From Burkholderiaceae bacterium (lineage in GTDB: Bacteria; Pseudomonadota; Gammaproteobacteria; Burkholderiales; Burkholderiaceae_E): a stretch of DNA of 64,000 nt. Position numbers and translations under genes: made by a program. Positions 10,355 through 18,849 of the stretch are shown piece after piece. The notes beneath the pieces were generated by a model. The model saw nothing but the letters and a program-made list of their open reading frames with translations, did no database searches and had not been told where the DNA came from. The stretch covers positions 10,308-74,307 of the forward strand of contig JAWKYD010000024.1 in the NCBI GenBank assembly GCA_041396685.1, in the 5' to 3' direction. The number at the start of each line of letters is the position of its first letter. The stretch's first letter is position 1.

Positions 10355-12144
10355 ACAAGCGAGCGCCAGCGCCGGCGCCTGCCGGGGGCGACGAATACGC
10401 GGCAGGCAATTTCATTCGGACGCAGATCGACCAGGATCTGGCAGCCGGCCACTTCACGCAACGACGCTGGCCCGGGCAGCCCGGCGCGGCCGCCGACAAG
10501 CTAGCCGCCGAGCCTGATCCGGCGCCGATCCGCACCCGCTTCCCGCCCGAACCCAACGGCTTCCTGCACATCGGCCACGCGAAATCGATCTGCCTGAACT
10601 TCGGCCTCGCCGAAGACTACGGCGGACGTTGCCACCTGCGCTTCGACGACACCAATCCCGAGAAAGAGGACCAGGTCTTCGTCGATGCCATCTACGATGC
10701 CGTGCGCTGGCTCGGCTACCGCTGGGACGCGGGCGCTGAGAACAACGGCTATTTCGCCAGCGACTATTTCCCGACCCTGTACGCATTCGCCGAGGCACTC
10801 GTCGAGGCCGGCCATGCCTACGTCGATTCGCAATCGGCCGACGAGATGCGTGCCCGTCGCGGCACGCTGACCGAGCCGGGCACCGAGTCCCCGTATCGAA
10901 GCCGCCCGCCCGCCGAGAGCCTCGCGCTGCTGCGCGAGATGCGCGACGGCAAACACCCCGACGGCAGCCACATCCTGCGCGCGCGCATCGACATGGCCGC
11001 GCCGAACATGAACATGCGCGACCCGGCGCTCTACCGGATCCGCCGCGCCGTTCATCACCGCACGGGCGATCGCTGGTGTGTCTACCCGATGTACGACTAT
11101 GCGCACCCGATCGAAGACGCGCTCGAGAACATCACCCATTCGCTCTGCACGCTCGAATTCCAGGATCATCGTCCGCTCTATGACTGGCTGCTCGAGCGCC
11201 TGGCCGAACTGAATCTGCTGAACCGGCCGCTGCCGCGGCAGATCGAGTTCGCCCGCCTCAATCTCGAGTACACGGTCATGAGCAAACGGCGTCTGGCGAC
11301 GCTGGTCGCCGACGGCCACGTGCAGGGCTGGGACGACCCCCGCCTGCCGACCATCGCCGGCCTGCGCCGGCGCGGCTACACGCCCGGCGCGATCCGGCTT
11401 TTCTGCGACCGCATCGGCGTGACCAGGTCGGACACCTGGATCGAACATTCCGCGCTGGAACAGGCGCTGCGCGACGATCTCGATGCCAGCGCGCCACGCG
11501 CGGTGGCGGTCCTGGCACCGCTCAGGCTCGAGCTGAGCAACTGGCCGGCCGACTCCGTGGAGGCTTGCGAGGCGCCGGTTCATCCGCGCGACCCTGCGCG
11601 CGGCACGCGTCGCTTCAACCTGACCCGCGAACTCTGGATCGAGGCCGACGACTTCACCGAGACACCGCCGAAGGGCTATTTCCGCCTGTTTCCAGGCAAC
11701 CGCGTCCGCTTGCGCTACGGCTTCGTCATCGAGTGCACGGGCTGCGAGAAAGATGCCGAGGGCCGGGTCGTCAAGGTGCTCGCCAACGTGCTACCCGACT
11801 CCAAATCCGGCACGCCGGGAGCCGACAACTACAAGGTCAAGGGCAACATTCACTGGGTGTCGGCGACCGAGGGCCGCGCCGCGCAGGTGCGTCTCTACGA
11901 GCGCCTGTTCCTGCAACCGAACCCGGGCGCCGGTGATCGCGACTGGCTCAGCGATCTCAATCCCGACTCCCTGCAGAGCATTCAGGCCTTCGTCGAGCCG
12001 GGCATCCCAGCCGACGCGAGCCAGCCGATGCAGTTCGAACGCCACGGCTACTTCGTGTTCGACGACACCGATGGCAGTGCCGATCAGCTGGTCTTCAACC
12101 GGGCGGTCACGCTGAAGGATTCGTTCAAGGCGGGTGGCCGCTAG
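10351..12144 (+). CDS. glnS: Glutamine--tRNA ligase
   Basis: NFIRTQIDQDL, class I HIGH motif (RFPPEPNGFLHIGHAKS) and MSK motif (VMSKRRL). The GTG start at 10351 overlaps the upstream stop (GTGA). Confidence 0.93.
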   Translation: MNKRAPAPAPAGGDEYAAGNFIRTQIDQDLAAGHFTQRRWPGQPGAAADKLAAEPDPAPIRTRFPPEPNGFLHIGHAKSICLNFGLAEDYGGRCHLRFDDTNPEKEDQVFVDAIYDAVRWLGYRWDAGAENNGYFASDYFPTLYAFAEALVEAGHAYVDSQSADEMRARRGTLTEPGTESPYRSRPPAESLALLREMRDGKHPDGSHILRARIDMAAPNMNMRDPALYRIRRAVHHRTGDRWCVYPMYDYAHPIEDALENITHSLCTLEFQDHRPLYDWLLERLAELNLLNRPLPRQIEFARLNLEYTVMSKRRLATLVADGHVQGWDDPRLPTIAGLRRRGYTPGAIRLFCDRIGVTRSDTWIEHSALEQALRDDLDASAPRAVAVLAPLRLELSNWPADSVEACEAPVHPRDPARGTRRFNLTRELWIEADDFTETPPKGYFRLFPGNRVRLRYGFVIECTGCEKDAEGRVVKVLANVLPDSKSGTPGADNYKVKGNIHWVSATEGRAAQVRLYERLFLQPNPGAGDRDWLSDLNPDSLQSIQAFVEPGIPADASQPMQFERHGYFVFDDTDGSADQLVFNRAVTLKDSFKAGGR

Positions 12145-12186
12145 CCGCGGCGAGACGACCGCTTCCCTCCCCCGTGCGGCAGGCTG

Positions 12187-12918
12187 TCAGCGCACCAGAT
12201 CACGGAAGGCCGAGAACTCCCAATCGCGCATGGCCACCAGCAGCGTGCGCGATTGGCGGTAGCGCAGATCGAGCCGGTGATCGGCGCGGTGCTGACGGGC
12301 GAAGTCCTCGATCAGTCGCTGCAGTCGCTCGACGAACGCGGCCGTCGCCGGCACGGACACCGAACCGTGCGTGAGTGCGAGGATCTCGGCATCGCCGTCG
12401 AAGCCGCCGGAGAAGAAGTCGGTCATCGCCTGGGCGCGGAAATACGCCATGACCGGGCCGTGCGGCCGCCAGCGGAAGCCCTTGGCCAACCGCAACGAAT
12501 AACGGTTGTTTGCGCGCAGGTGGATCACGCCGATGGCATCGAGCCGCACCAGACGAGCGATGAGTTCGGCCGGCGTCAGGCGATAGAACTCCAGGATCTG
12601 CTCGTAACGCCACTCGCTCTGGCAACAGATCGCCACCAGGAGCAATTCACGCTCGGCGACCAGCGCGCGCTCCTGCGCTTCGGTCAGCTCGTTCGGCAAG
12701 GGCGCGGTGTCCGCGATGCCGCGCGCCAGATCCGTGAAATCGATCGACAGCAACGCCAGGATGCGATCGATCCGGGCGAGCGTGATCTCGCCGCGTGAAA
12801 ACATACGCTTGACCGACGACTCGCTGACCTCGAGCCGCGCGCTCAGATCGCGATAGGTGAGCCCCGCGGCGCGCAGTTCACGCTTTAGCGCGTTGACGAG
12901 TTGCTGAGTCGTGGCCAT
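12187..12918 (-). CDS. XRE-family helix-turn-helix transcriptional regulator with a long uncharacterised C-terminal domain
   Basis: The N-terminus LKRELRAAGLTYRDLSARLEVSESSVKRMFSRGEITLARIDRIL is an HTH_XRE-type motif. It is transcribed divergently from the 13042-16541 cluster across an AT-rich gap. Confidence 0.8.
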   Translation of the reverse strand: MATTQQLVNALKRELRAAGLTYRDLSARLEVSESSVKRMFSRGEITLARIDRILALLSIDFTDLARGIADTAPLPNELTEAQERALVAERELLLVAICCQSEWRYEQILEFYRLTPAELIARLVRLDAIGVIHLRANNRYSLRLAKGFRWRPHGPVMAYFRAQAMTDFFSGGFDGDAEILALTHGSVSVPATAAFVERLQRLIEDFARQHRADHRLDLRYRQSRTLLVAMRDWEFSAFRDLVR

Positions 12919-13041
12919 GAGTAAGTACTAATATTTGATACCTATAGTCGATCAGATTACAACTTCGTACCCAATTATTGCACTTGCTGTGTGAATTCCA
13001 GAACATCGGGCCCTGTCCAAACAGACCCGAGGAGGTCACAC

Positions 13042-13563
13042 ATGAAGATGGATCCACAAGCCCGCCAGGGCCGGCAGGCGTCGACGCAAGGCGAGTCGAC
13101 GCCACACGCCACGACCGCCCGCCCGCCACGTCTGGCCGCGCTTGCCCTGGCCGGCTTCTTCGGCGCTGCGTCGCTAGCCGCCCTACCCGCGCCGGTGCTC
13201 GCCCAGTCCGATACCGTTTCGATGGCCAGCGAGATGTCGGCGCTGTCGGCCACCGTCCCGATCGCGGTTTCGGCGTCGATGTCCGCGCTGGCCCTCAGCG
13301 GGCCGGCTCTGCTGACGATCGTCGCCGTGCAGGCGAGCGCGGACGGCGCGGTCTGGATCGTCGAGCAGGCATCGACGGGCGCACGCGCGGTGCTGCGTCT
13401 GACCGGACGCGCCGCCGGCCTGAGCATGGTGGGTGTCGGCACGACCGTTCAGACGGTGACTCTCAGCGCCGGGTCGCTGCTGATTGCATCTGGCGAGGTG
13501 ATCGCATTTATTCCCAATGCGCTCGGGCATCGCCTCATGCACCACGAACGCATCACCGACTGA
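13042..13563 (+). CDS. Hypothetical Ala/Ser-rich secreted protein
   Basis: GAGGAGG precedes the ATG at 13042. The signal-like segment LAALALAGFFGAASLAALPAPVLAQ follows a charged N-region. I do not recognise a family. Confidence 0.55.
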   Translation: MKMDPQARQGRQASTQGESTPHATTARPPRLAALALAGFFGAASLAALPAPVLAQSDTVSMASEMSALSATVPIAVSASMSALALSGPALLTIVAVQASADGAVWIVEQASTGARAVLRLTGRAAGLSMVGVGTTVQTVTLSAGSLLIASGEVIAFIPNALGHRLMHHERITD

Positions 13564-13577
13564 CACGGTGGCCGACC

Positions 13578-14459
13578 ATGAACAACCAATCGATCACCAC
13601 TCGCCCCAGGGCGATACCGGCCGCGCCGTCCCTAGCCAGGGTGCGCGCACTTGTCGCACGCGGTCTGTTCCGTCTCGGCATCCTGTTCGCCGGCTGCACC
13701 GGGCTGGCCGCGTCGCCGGGCTGGGCCGGTCAATCCTGCGAAGTCCATCGACCGGGCGCGACCGAATTGCGGCAGACCTTCGAACTCGCCGCCCATACGG
13801 CGACGGCGCTCGACCGCAGCGGTGCCGATGTCGCCATCCTGGCCCGCGCCGGCCAGGATCTGCGCAGCTACGGGCTGCGTTTCTCGCACGTCGCATTTGC
13901 CTACCGTGAGAACCCCGGCGTCGGCGGGTCGGGTCTTTGGCGCGTCGCCCATCTGTTGAACGAATGCGGCACCGCACGCAGTGCGCTCTACCGTCAGGGC
14001 CTGGCCGAGTTCTTCAACGATCAGCCGTTTCGATGGCAGGCCGCACTCGTCGTCCCCGAGCGCCCGGTTCAAGCCGCGCTGCTGCCGCTGATGCGCGACG
14101 ACACCCGGCTGGCCAGCCTGCTCGAGCGTCGTTACAGCATGGTCGCCTATCCGTGGGCGCAGCGATACCAGCAATCCAACGCCTGGCTGCTCGAAACCTT
14201 TGCGATGGCACTCGAGCCTGCACTGCACGAGCGGCGCCTTGCCCAGGCCTGGCTGATGGTGCACGGCTACCAGCCCACGACGCTGCGCATTTCGGCGGCC
14301 AGGCGTCTGGGAGCGGGGCTGACGCGGGCCAATGTGAGCTTCGACGACCATCCGGCACGACAACTGGCACGCAATCGCATCGAGACCGTGACCGCCGACT
14401 CGCTGCTCGGCTGGTTGCACTCTGCCGGCTACGGCGGGCCGATGCAGCTGATCGACTGA
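13578..14459 (+). CDS. Conserved secreted protein, DUF2145-like
   Basis: Signal/lipobox-like N-terminus (LGILFAGCTGLAA). The DUF2145 assignment comes from recollection of the conserved GLRFSHVAFAYRE / LLNEC blocks and has not been searched. Confidence 0.6.
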   Translation: MNNQSITTRPRAIPAAPSLARVRALVARGLFRLGILFAGCTGLAASPGWAGQSCEVHRPGATELRQTFELAAHTATALDRSGADVAILARAGQDLRSYGLRFSHVAFAYRENPGVGGSGLWRVAHLLNECGTARSALYRQGLAEFFNDQPFRWQAALVVPERPVQAALLPLMRDDTRLASLLERRYSMVAYPWAQRYQQSNAWLLETFAMALEPALHERRLAQAWLMVHGYQPTTLRISAARRLGAGLTRANVSFDDHPARQLARNRIETVTADSLLGWLHSAGYGGPMQLID

Positions 14460-14561
14460 TCCAGTGCATGCCGACGTTCGCGCGACCTGGCGCAGCGCCA
14501 CGGTCTGCGCCACACCGAGTTGCCTCCGACCATCGCCCGCAGACCCGAAAGAACGATCGAA

Positions 14562-16541
14562 ATGAAAGACACCCAAGCCCTCGACCCCGTCCGCCGGCCC
14601 GAACAAGCGCAGGCGCACGGCCAGTTCTCGTTGCTCAGGCAACGGCGGTTCGCACCGTTCTTCTGGACCCAGTTCCTCGGCGCCGCGAACGACAACCTGT
14701 TCAAGTTCGCGCTGACCGTGTTGATCACCTATCAACTCCAGCTCGACTGGCTGCCACCGGCCAAGGCCGGCCTGGTCATCGGTGCATTGTTCATCGCGCC
14801 CTTCGTGCTGCTCTCGGCCACCAGTGGCCAGCTGGCCGACAAATTCGACAAGGCGAGCCTGATCCGTGCCCTCAAGACCGCCGAGATCCTGATCATGGGC
14901 CTCGCCGCGATCGGTCTGTGGCGTGCGCAGATCCCGCTGCTGCTGGCCTGCATCTTCCTGATGGGTGCCCAGTCGGCGGTGTTCGGCCCGGTCAAGTACG
15001 CCTACCTGCCGCAGCACCTGGATTCGCACGAGCTGACCGGTGGCAACGGCATGGTCGAGATGGGCACCTTCGTCGCGATCCTGCTCGGCAACGTCGCGGG
15101 CGGTTTGCTGATCGCCCAGCCGGCGATCGGCCCGACCACGGTCGCGCTCGCCTGCCTGGCGCTGGCAGTGCTGGGCAGATTCACGGCGGCCGGCGTGCCG
15201 GCTTCGCCACCCCTGGCCGGCGAGTTACGCATCAATCCGAACCCGGTGACCGAGACCTGGCGCAACCTGCGCCTGGCGCATGCCGACAAGACCGTGTTTC
15301 GCTCCCTGCTGGGGATCTCCTGGATGTGGTGCTTCGGCGCCATCTTCCTGGCCCAATTCCCGGTCTTCGCGCGCGATGTACTCGGCGGCGACGAGCAGGT
15401 GGCCTCGCTGCTGCTGGTGGTGTTCTCGGTCGGTATCGGTGCGGGCTCGCTCGCCTGCGAGTCCTTGTCGCGCCGCCAGGTCGAGATCGGCCTGGTGCCG
15501 CTGGGGGCGATCGGCATGACGGTGTTCGCGATCGATCTCTGGCTGGCCACCCGCAATCTGCATCCGTTCGCCGGCACGATGTCGATCGCCACGTTCGCCG
15601 GTTCGGCCGGCAACTGGCGGGTGATGGCCGACCTCGCGCTGCTGTCGTTCTTCACCGGCATCTACAGCGTGCCGATGTACGCGCTGATCCAGACCCGCTC
15701 CAAACCGACCCATCGGGCGCGGATCATCGCGGCAAACAACATCCTCAATGCCGCGCTGATGGTTATCAGCTCGCTGGGTGCCGGCATGTTGTTGTCGGCC
15801 GGGCTGTCCGTGCCCGAACTCTTTTTGGTGGCCGGCCTGCTCAATGCGGTGGTCGCCGCCTTCATTTTCTGGCTGGTGCCCGCCTACGCGCTGCGATTCG
15901 TCTGCTGGGTGATGGCGCGCATCGTCTATCGCTGCCGGATAAGCGGTGCCGACGCGATCCCGGACACTGGCGCCGCGCTGTTGATCGCCAACCATGTCTC
16001 GTTCGCCGACGCGATCCTGCTGATGGCGGCAAGCCCGCGCCCGGTGCGATTCCTGATGGACCACCGGATCTTCGCCAATCCCGTCCTCGGGCCGCTGTTC
16101 CGCCTGGCCGGTGCGATCCCGGTCGCACCGCGCGACGAGGATCCGCAGTGCTATCGGGCCGCGATGACGCGTGCCCAGCAGGTGCTGCGCGACGGAGAGT
16201 TGCTCGGCATCTTCCCGGAAGGTGGCATCACACGCAACGGCGAGCTGGCCGAGTTCCGCGCCGGTGCACGGCGCATCCTCGAGACCGCGCAGTCCGAGAA
16301 TCTGACCGTCCCGGTGGTGCCGATCGGCCTGAACGGGCTCTGGGGTTCGTTCTTCTCGCGTATCGAGAACGGCCGGGCGATGGTCGCCCCGCTGCGCCGC
16401 GGACTGCGCAGCCGAATCGAGATCCGCGTCGGTGCGGCGCTGAATGCGGCGGAGGCGAGCACCGACGCGATGCGTGCGGCGATCGTCGCGCTGCTCGATC
16501 CGGTCTCGGGGCCACGGCTCGCGACGCCACCGTCGGCCTGA
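14562..16541 (+). CDS. Fused MFS lysophospholipid transporter (LplT-like) / PlsC-type acyltransferase
   Basis: The N-terminal ~400 aa are multi-TM MFS-like (FAPFFWTQFLGAANDNLFKFAL). The C-terminal domain has the acyltransferase H-x4-D motif (ANHVSFADAILL) and a FPEGG motif. Confidence 0.85.
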   Translation: MKDTQALDPVRRPEQAQAHGQFSLLRQRRFAPFFWTQFLGAANDNLFKFALTVLITYQLQLDWLPPAKAGLVIGALFIAPFVLLSATSGQLADKFDKASLIRALKTAEILIMGLAAIGLWRAQIPLLLACIFLMGAQSAVFGPVKYAYLPQHLDSHELTGGNGMVEMGTFVAILLGNVAGGLLIAQPAIGPTTVALACLALAVLGRFTAAGVPASPPLAGELRINPNPVTETWRNLRLAHADKTVFRSLLGISWMWCFGAIFLAQFPVFARDVLGGDEQVASLLLVVFSVGIGAGSLACESLSRRQVEIGLVPLGAIGMTVFAIDLWLATRNLHPFAGTMSIATFAGSAGNWRVMADLALLSFFTGIYSVPMYALIQTRSKPTHRARIIAANNILNAALMVISSLGAGMLLSAGLSVPELFLVAGLLNAVVAAFIFWLVPAYALRFVCWVMARIVYRCRISGADAIPDTGAALLIANHVSFADAILLMAASPRPVRFLMDHRIFANPVLGPLFRLAGAIPVAPRDEDPQCYRAAMTRAQQVLRDGELLGIFPEGGITRNGELAEFRAGARRILETAQSENLTVPVVPIGLNGLWGSFFSRIENGRAMVAPLRRGLRSRIEIRVGAALNAAEASTDAMRAAIVALLDPVSGPRLATPPSA

Positions 16542-16669
16542 GACCGGCTCGCGACCCGCGAGTCGGCCCATCCGCCGGCGCGGGCGCGCTGCCCGACCGG
16601 CCGATCGGATCCCTCACGAAGCCACGGCTTTCACGCGCCGTGATACCGCAACCCGCGACGGTTTCGGCG

Positions 16670-17329
16670 TCAGCCCAGGTCGAGCACCGAATCGGCGACG
16701 AACGGGTTGGAACGACGTTCGTCGCCGAAGGTCGACATCGGACCGTGACCCGGCACGAACGCCGTATCATCGCCCAGGGGCCAGAGCTTGTCGCGGATCG
16801 ACGCGATCAAGGTCGCGTGATCACCGCGCGGAAAATCGGTGCGTCCGATCGACCCCTGGAACAAGACGTCGCCCACGATCGCCAGGCCCGCGCCGGCATG
16901 ATGGAAGACCACGTGGCCCGGCGTGTGCCCCGGACAATGCAGGACGTCGAGCGTCTGCTCGCCGAAGCACACCGTGTCACCGTCGATCAGCCAGCGATCG
17001 GGGACGAAGGCGTCCAGCTTCGACAGGCCGAAGCGCTGCCCCTGACCGGGCAGTTGATCGATCCAGAACTTGTCGTCGACGTGCGGTCCTTCGAGCGGCA
17101 CGCCGTGCCGGTCGGCGTATTCGCGTGACTGGCCGCAATGATCGATGTGACCATGAGTCAGGAAGACCTTCTCGAGACGCGCACCGGACTGAGCGAGGGC
17201 CGCGTCGACGCGGTCGAGATCGCCACCGGGGTCGAACACCGCGGCGCGCCCGCTCGCAGTGCAGACCAGCAACGAACAATTCTGTTGAAACGGGGTGACG
17301 GGCACCACGGTGAGTCTGATCATGGTCAT
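16670..17329 (-). CDS. MBL-fold metallo-hydrolase (glyoxalase II-like)
   Basis: THGHIDHCG metal-binding motif, plus later HCPGHTPGH and GDVLF...GRTDFP blocks. The start is either of two close ATGs (17329 or 17323). Confidence 0.88.
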   Translation of the reverse strand: MTMIRLTVVPVTPFQQNCSLLVCTASGRAAVFDPGGDLDRVDAALAQSGARLEKVFLTHGHIDHCGQSREYADRHGVPLEGPHVDDKFWIDQLPGQGQRFGLSKLDAFVPDRWLIDGDTVCFGEQTLDVLHCPGHTPGHVVFHHAGAGLAIVGDVLFQGSIGRTDFPRGDHATLIASIRDKLWPLGDDTAFVPGHGPMSTFGDERRSNPFVADSVLDLG

Positions 17330-17408
17330 CCTTTGAAGAGCGGTTTGCGGCTGCGTGCCGTTGGACAGACATCTTGCGAAACAGCACGCACGGCCTACAG
17401 ATCGCGGG

Positions 17409-17780
17409 CTATCGGCGGGTCGGTCGCCATGCATTGAGCATCAAGGCTTCGAGCGGCACGATATCCAGCGCATCGGCATGGGTTGCTTCCAGGACCACCG
17501 GCGGCGCGACACCCGCTTCATAGGCCTGCAACCAACGACTGGCGCACAAGCACCAGCGGTCGCCGGCGCGCAGACCGGCGAAACGAAACTCGGGACGCGG
17601 TGTACTCAGGTCGTTGCCCACGGAGGACGAGAACGCCAGGAACGCCTCGGTCACGCGCGCGCAGACCGTGTGATTGGCGGGGTCTTGGGGATGCGCGTCG
17701 CAGCATCCGCTACGGTCGAAACCGGTAAGCGGGTCGTAGGAACAGGCCAGCAGCGGACCACCCAACACATTGACCGTCAT
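17409..17780 (-). CDS. DUF2237 family protein
   Basis: NVLGGPLLACSYDPLTGFDRSGCC...HTVCARVTEAFLAFS...GNDLSTPRPEF...GDRWCLCASRW...GVAPPVVLEATH matches the DUF2237 pattern as I recall it. Confidence 0.8.
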   Translation of the reverse strand: MTVNVLGGPLLACSYDPLTGFDRSGCCDAHPQDPANHTVCARVTEAFLAFSSSVGNDLSTPRPEFRFAGLRAGDRWCLCASRWLQAYEAGVAPPVVLEATHADALDIVPLEALMLNAWRPTRR

Positions 17781-17904
17781 TGCGGTTCCACGACCCCGGG
17801 CGGCCCAAGCTTGTGTCGCCCGAGCTTACAGTGAGCCTTGTCGGATCTTGAAACACTTGAAACAAGTTCCAAATAATCAGGCACTTGCGAAAGCCTCTCG
17901 AACA

Positions 17905-17920
17905 TGGCACGGCGATTGCA
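17905..17920 (+). promoter_or_regulatory. Consensus sigma-54 (-24/-12) promoter in an intergenic region
   Basis: TGGCAC-GGCGA-TTGCA is a perfect match to TGGCAC-N5-TTGCW. It lies in the low-GC gap between two minus-strand genes. The tandem CTTGAAACA CTTGAAACA at 17847-17864 lies about 70-85 nt upstream of the predicted start. Confidence 0.7.
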
Positions 17921-17930
17921 TATAGTAACG

Positions 17931-18043
17931 TGCATCCTCTTGGGATGCTGACGGACCGGGGTTGGCCTGTGTCGCAGCAGGTTCCCGGTAGCGATCACTC
18001 CTAGCATCAGTCCTTGAAGCCGCCGCCTGGCGGCTTTTTTTTT
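17931..18043 (+). ncRNA. Candidate sigma-54-dependent small RNA (~113 nt), family unknown
   Basis: The predicted +1 lies 12 nt after the -12 GC. Hairpins: GCATCC/GGATGC at 17932-17948 and ACCGGG...CCCGGT at 17955-17989. A single-stranded CACUCCU stretch follows, then a strong terminator. No plausible CDS on this strand. Confidence 0.55.
18017..18043 (+). terminator. Rho-independent terminator
   Basis: AAGCCGCC-GCCT-GGCGGCTT is an 8-bp stem with a 4-nt loop, running into a 9-T tract. Confidence 0.85.
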
Positions 18044-18079
18044 GCCCGCGCGAGCCGCCATCCGCGCGCCGGGGCCGCA

Positions 18080-18712
18080 TCAGAGCAACACCGGCGAGGA
18101 TCCCTCGAGTTTGAGCAGCCGGATCTTGTCCTCGACGCCGCCGGCGGCCGAGAACCCGCCCAGGCCGCGGGTGCCCAACACCCGATGGCAGGGAATGATC
18201 ACGGGAATGGGATTGGCGCCACAAGCCGAGCCGACCGCGCGCGGCACGGAGTCTATCCGAGACGCAAGTTCGAGATAGGTTCGCGTCTGTCCGAACGGGA
18301 TCTCGAGCATGGCGTCGAACACCTGCCTCTGAAAGGGGCTGCCGCTCGGTTGCAGCGGCAGATCGAATTGCTGCAATCGCCCGTCGAAGTAGGCGAGCAA
18401 CTGCTCACGCGCGAGCTGCAACAGGGAATCGGCGTGGCCGTCGAGGGCGTGGCCGTCGAGGGCGTGGCCGTCGAGGGCGTGGCCGTCGAGGGCGTGGCCG
18501 TCGAGGGCGTGGCCGTCGAGGGCGTGGCCGTCGAGGGCGTGGCCGTCGAGGGCGTGGCCGTCGAGGGCTTGCTCGCCCTCGCCCGATCGGCGCACGCCAT
18601 CGGACGATGCCGCGGTCGGGCGCCCGGCGCCCCAGCGCAGCGACACGAGAGCGCGTCCGTTCGAGGTGATCCGGGTCGGACCGAAAGGTGTGTCGAACGT
18701 GATCGAGGGCAT
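18080..18712 (-). CDS. ogt: Methylated-DNA--protein-cysteine methyltransferase with an internal (HALDG)n repeat insertion
   Basis: Active-site IPCHRV, FQRQVFDAMLEIPFGQTRTY, and RAVGSACGANP. The pentapeptide repeat lies between the N-terminal domain and the helix LLQLAREQLLAYFDG. Confidence 0.9.
   Translation of the reverse strand: MPSITFDTPFGPTRITSNGRALVSLRWGAGRPTAASSDGVRRSGEGEQALDGHALDGHALDGHALDGHALDGHALDGHALDGHALDGHALDGHADSLLQLAREQLLAYFDGRLQQFDLPLQPSGSPFQRQVFDAMLEIPFGQTRTYLELASRIDSVPRAVGSACGANPIPVIIPCHRVLGTRGLGGFSAAGGVEDKIRLLKLEGSSPVLL
18431..18565. repeat. Perfect 15-bp tandem repeat x 9 (GGCGTGGCCGTCGAG), in frame within ogt
   Basis: Nine identical head-to-tail copies can be counted directly, plus a partial tenth copy (GGC) at 18566-18568. 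Confidence 0.95.
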
Positions 18713-18849
18713 GATGCGATTATCGCCGACGGCCCCGTTGTCGTGACCGTCGCGGGCCTTCCGCTTTCGTTGCCGCCGCCAAGCGTCTTCGATCCCGCCG
18801 GGTCCGGTCAGTTTCCCGGCTCCGGAGCCCGACCGCCTCAGGTCCCTCC

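Noticed and set aside
10440-10530. A ~22-residue insertion (QRRWPGQPGAAADKLAAEPDPAP) in GlnRS, just before the HIGH-motif strand, relative to the E. coli enzyme.
   Set aside because: This is judged from memory of one reference sequence only. Such N-terminal loop insertions are common lineage-specific features and carry no evident functional implication without an alignment.
13937-17128. A 1063-aa plus-strand ORF. Similar long ORFs occur at 10501-11583(-), 31629-33968(+), 39094-41133(+), 44877-46718(+) and 51229-52416(-).
   Set aside because: All overlap, or lie antisense to, genes with strong family signatures. Their translations are Arg/Pro/Gly/Ala-rich with no motifs. These are typical shadow ORFs in GC-rich DNA.
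17946-18005. A short plus-strand ORF (ATG at 17946, 19 codons, stop at 18003-18005) inside the candidate sRNA.
   Set aside because: No Shine-Dalgarno sequence precedes it, and the ATG is buried in the first predicted hairpin. A small peptide cannot be strictly excluded without ribosome profiling.
17931-18043. Possibility that the candidate sRNA is a known housekeeping RNA (4.5S/SRP, 6S, tmRNA or RNase P).
   Set aside because: The length (~113 nt) is compatible only with 4.5S RNA, and the conserved SRP domain IV sequence (GGAAGCAGCC-like) is absent. The sigma-54 promoter is also atypical for those RNAs.
18431-18565. Possibility that the 15-bp repeat array is a CRISPR or other non-coding repeat.
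   Set aside because: The copies are directly adjacent with no spacers. The unit length is a multiple of three, and the array is in frame within an otherwise intact ogt ORF.
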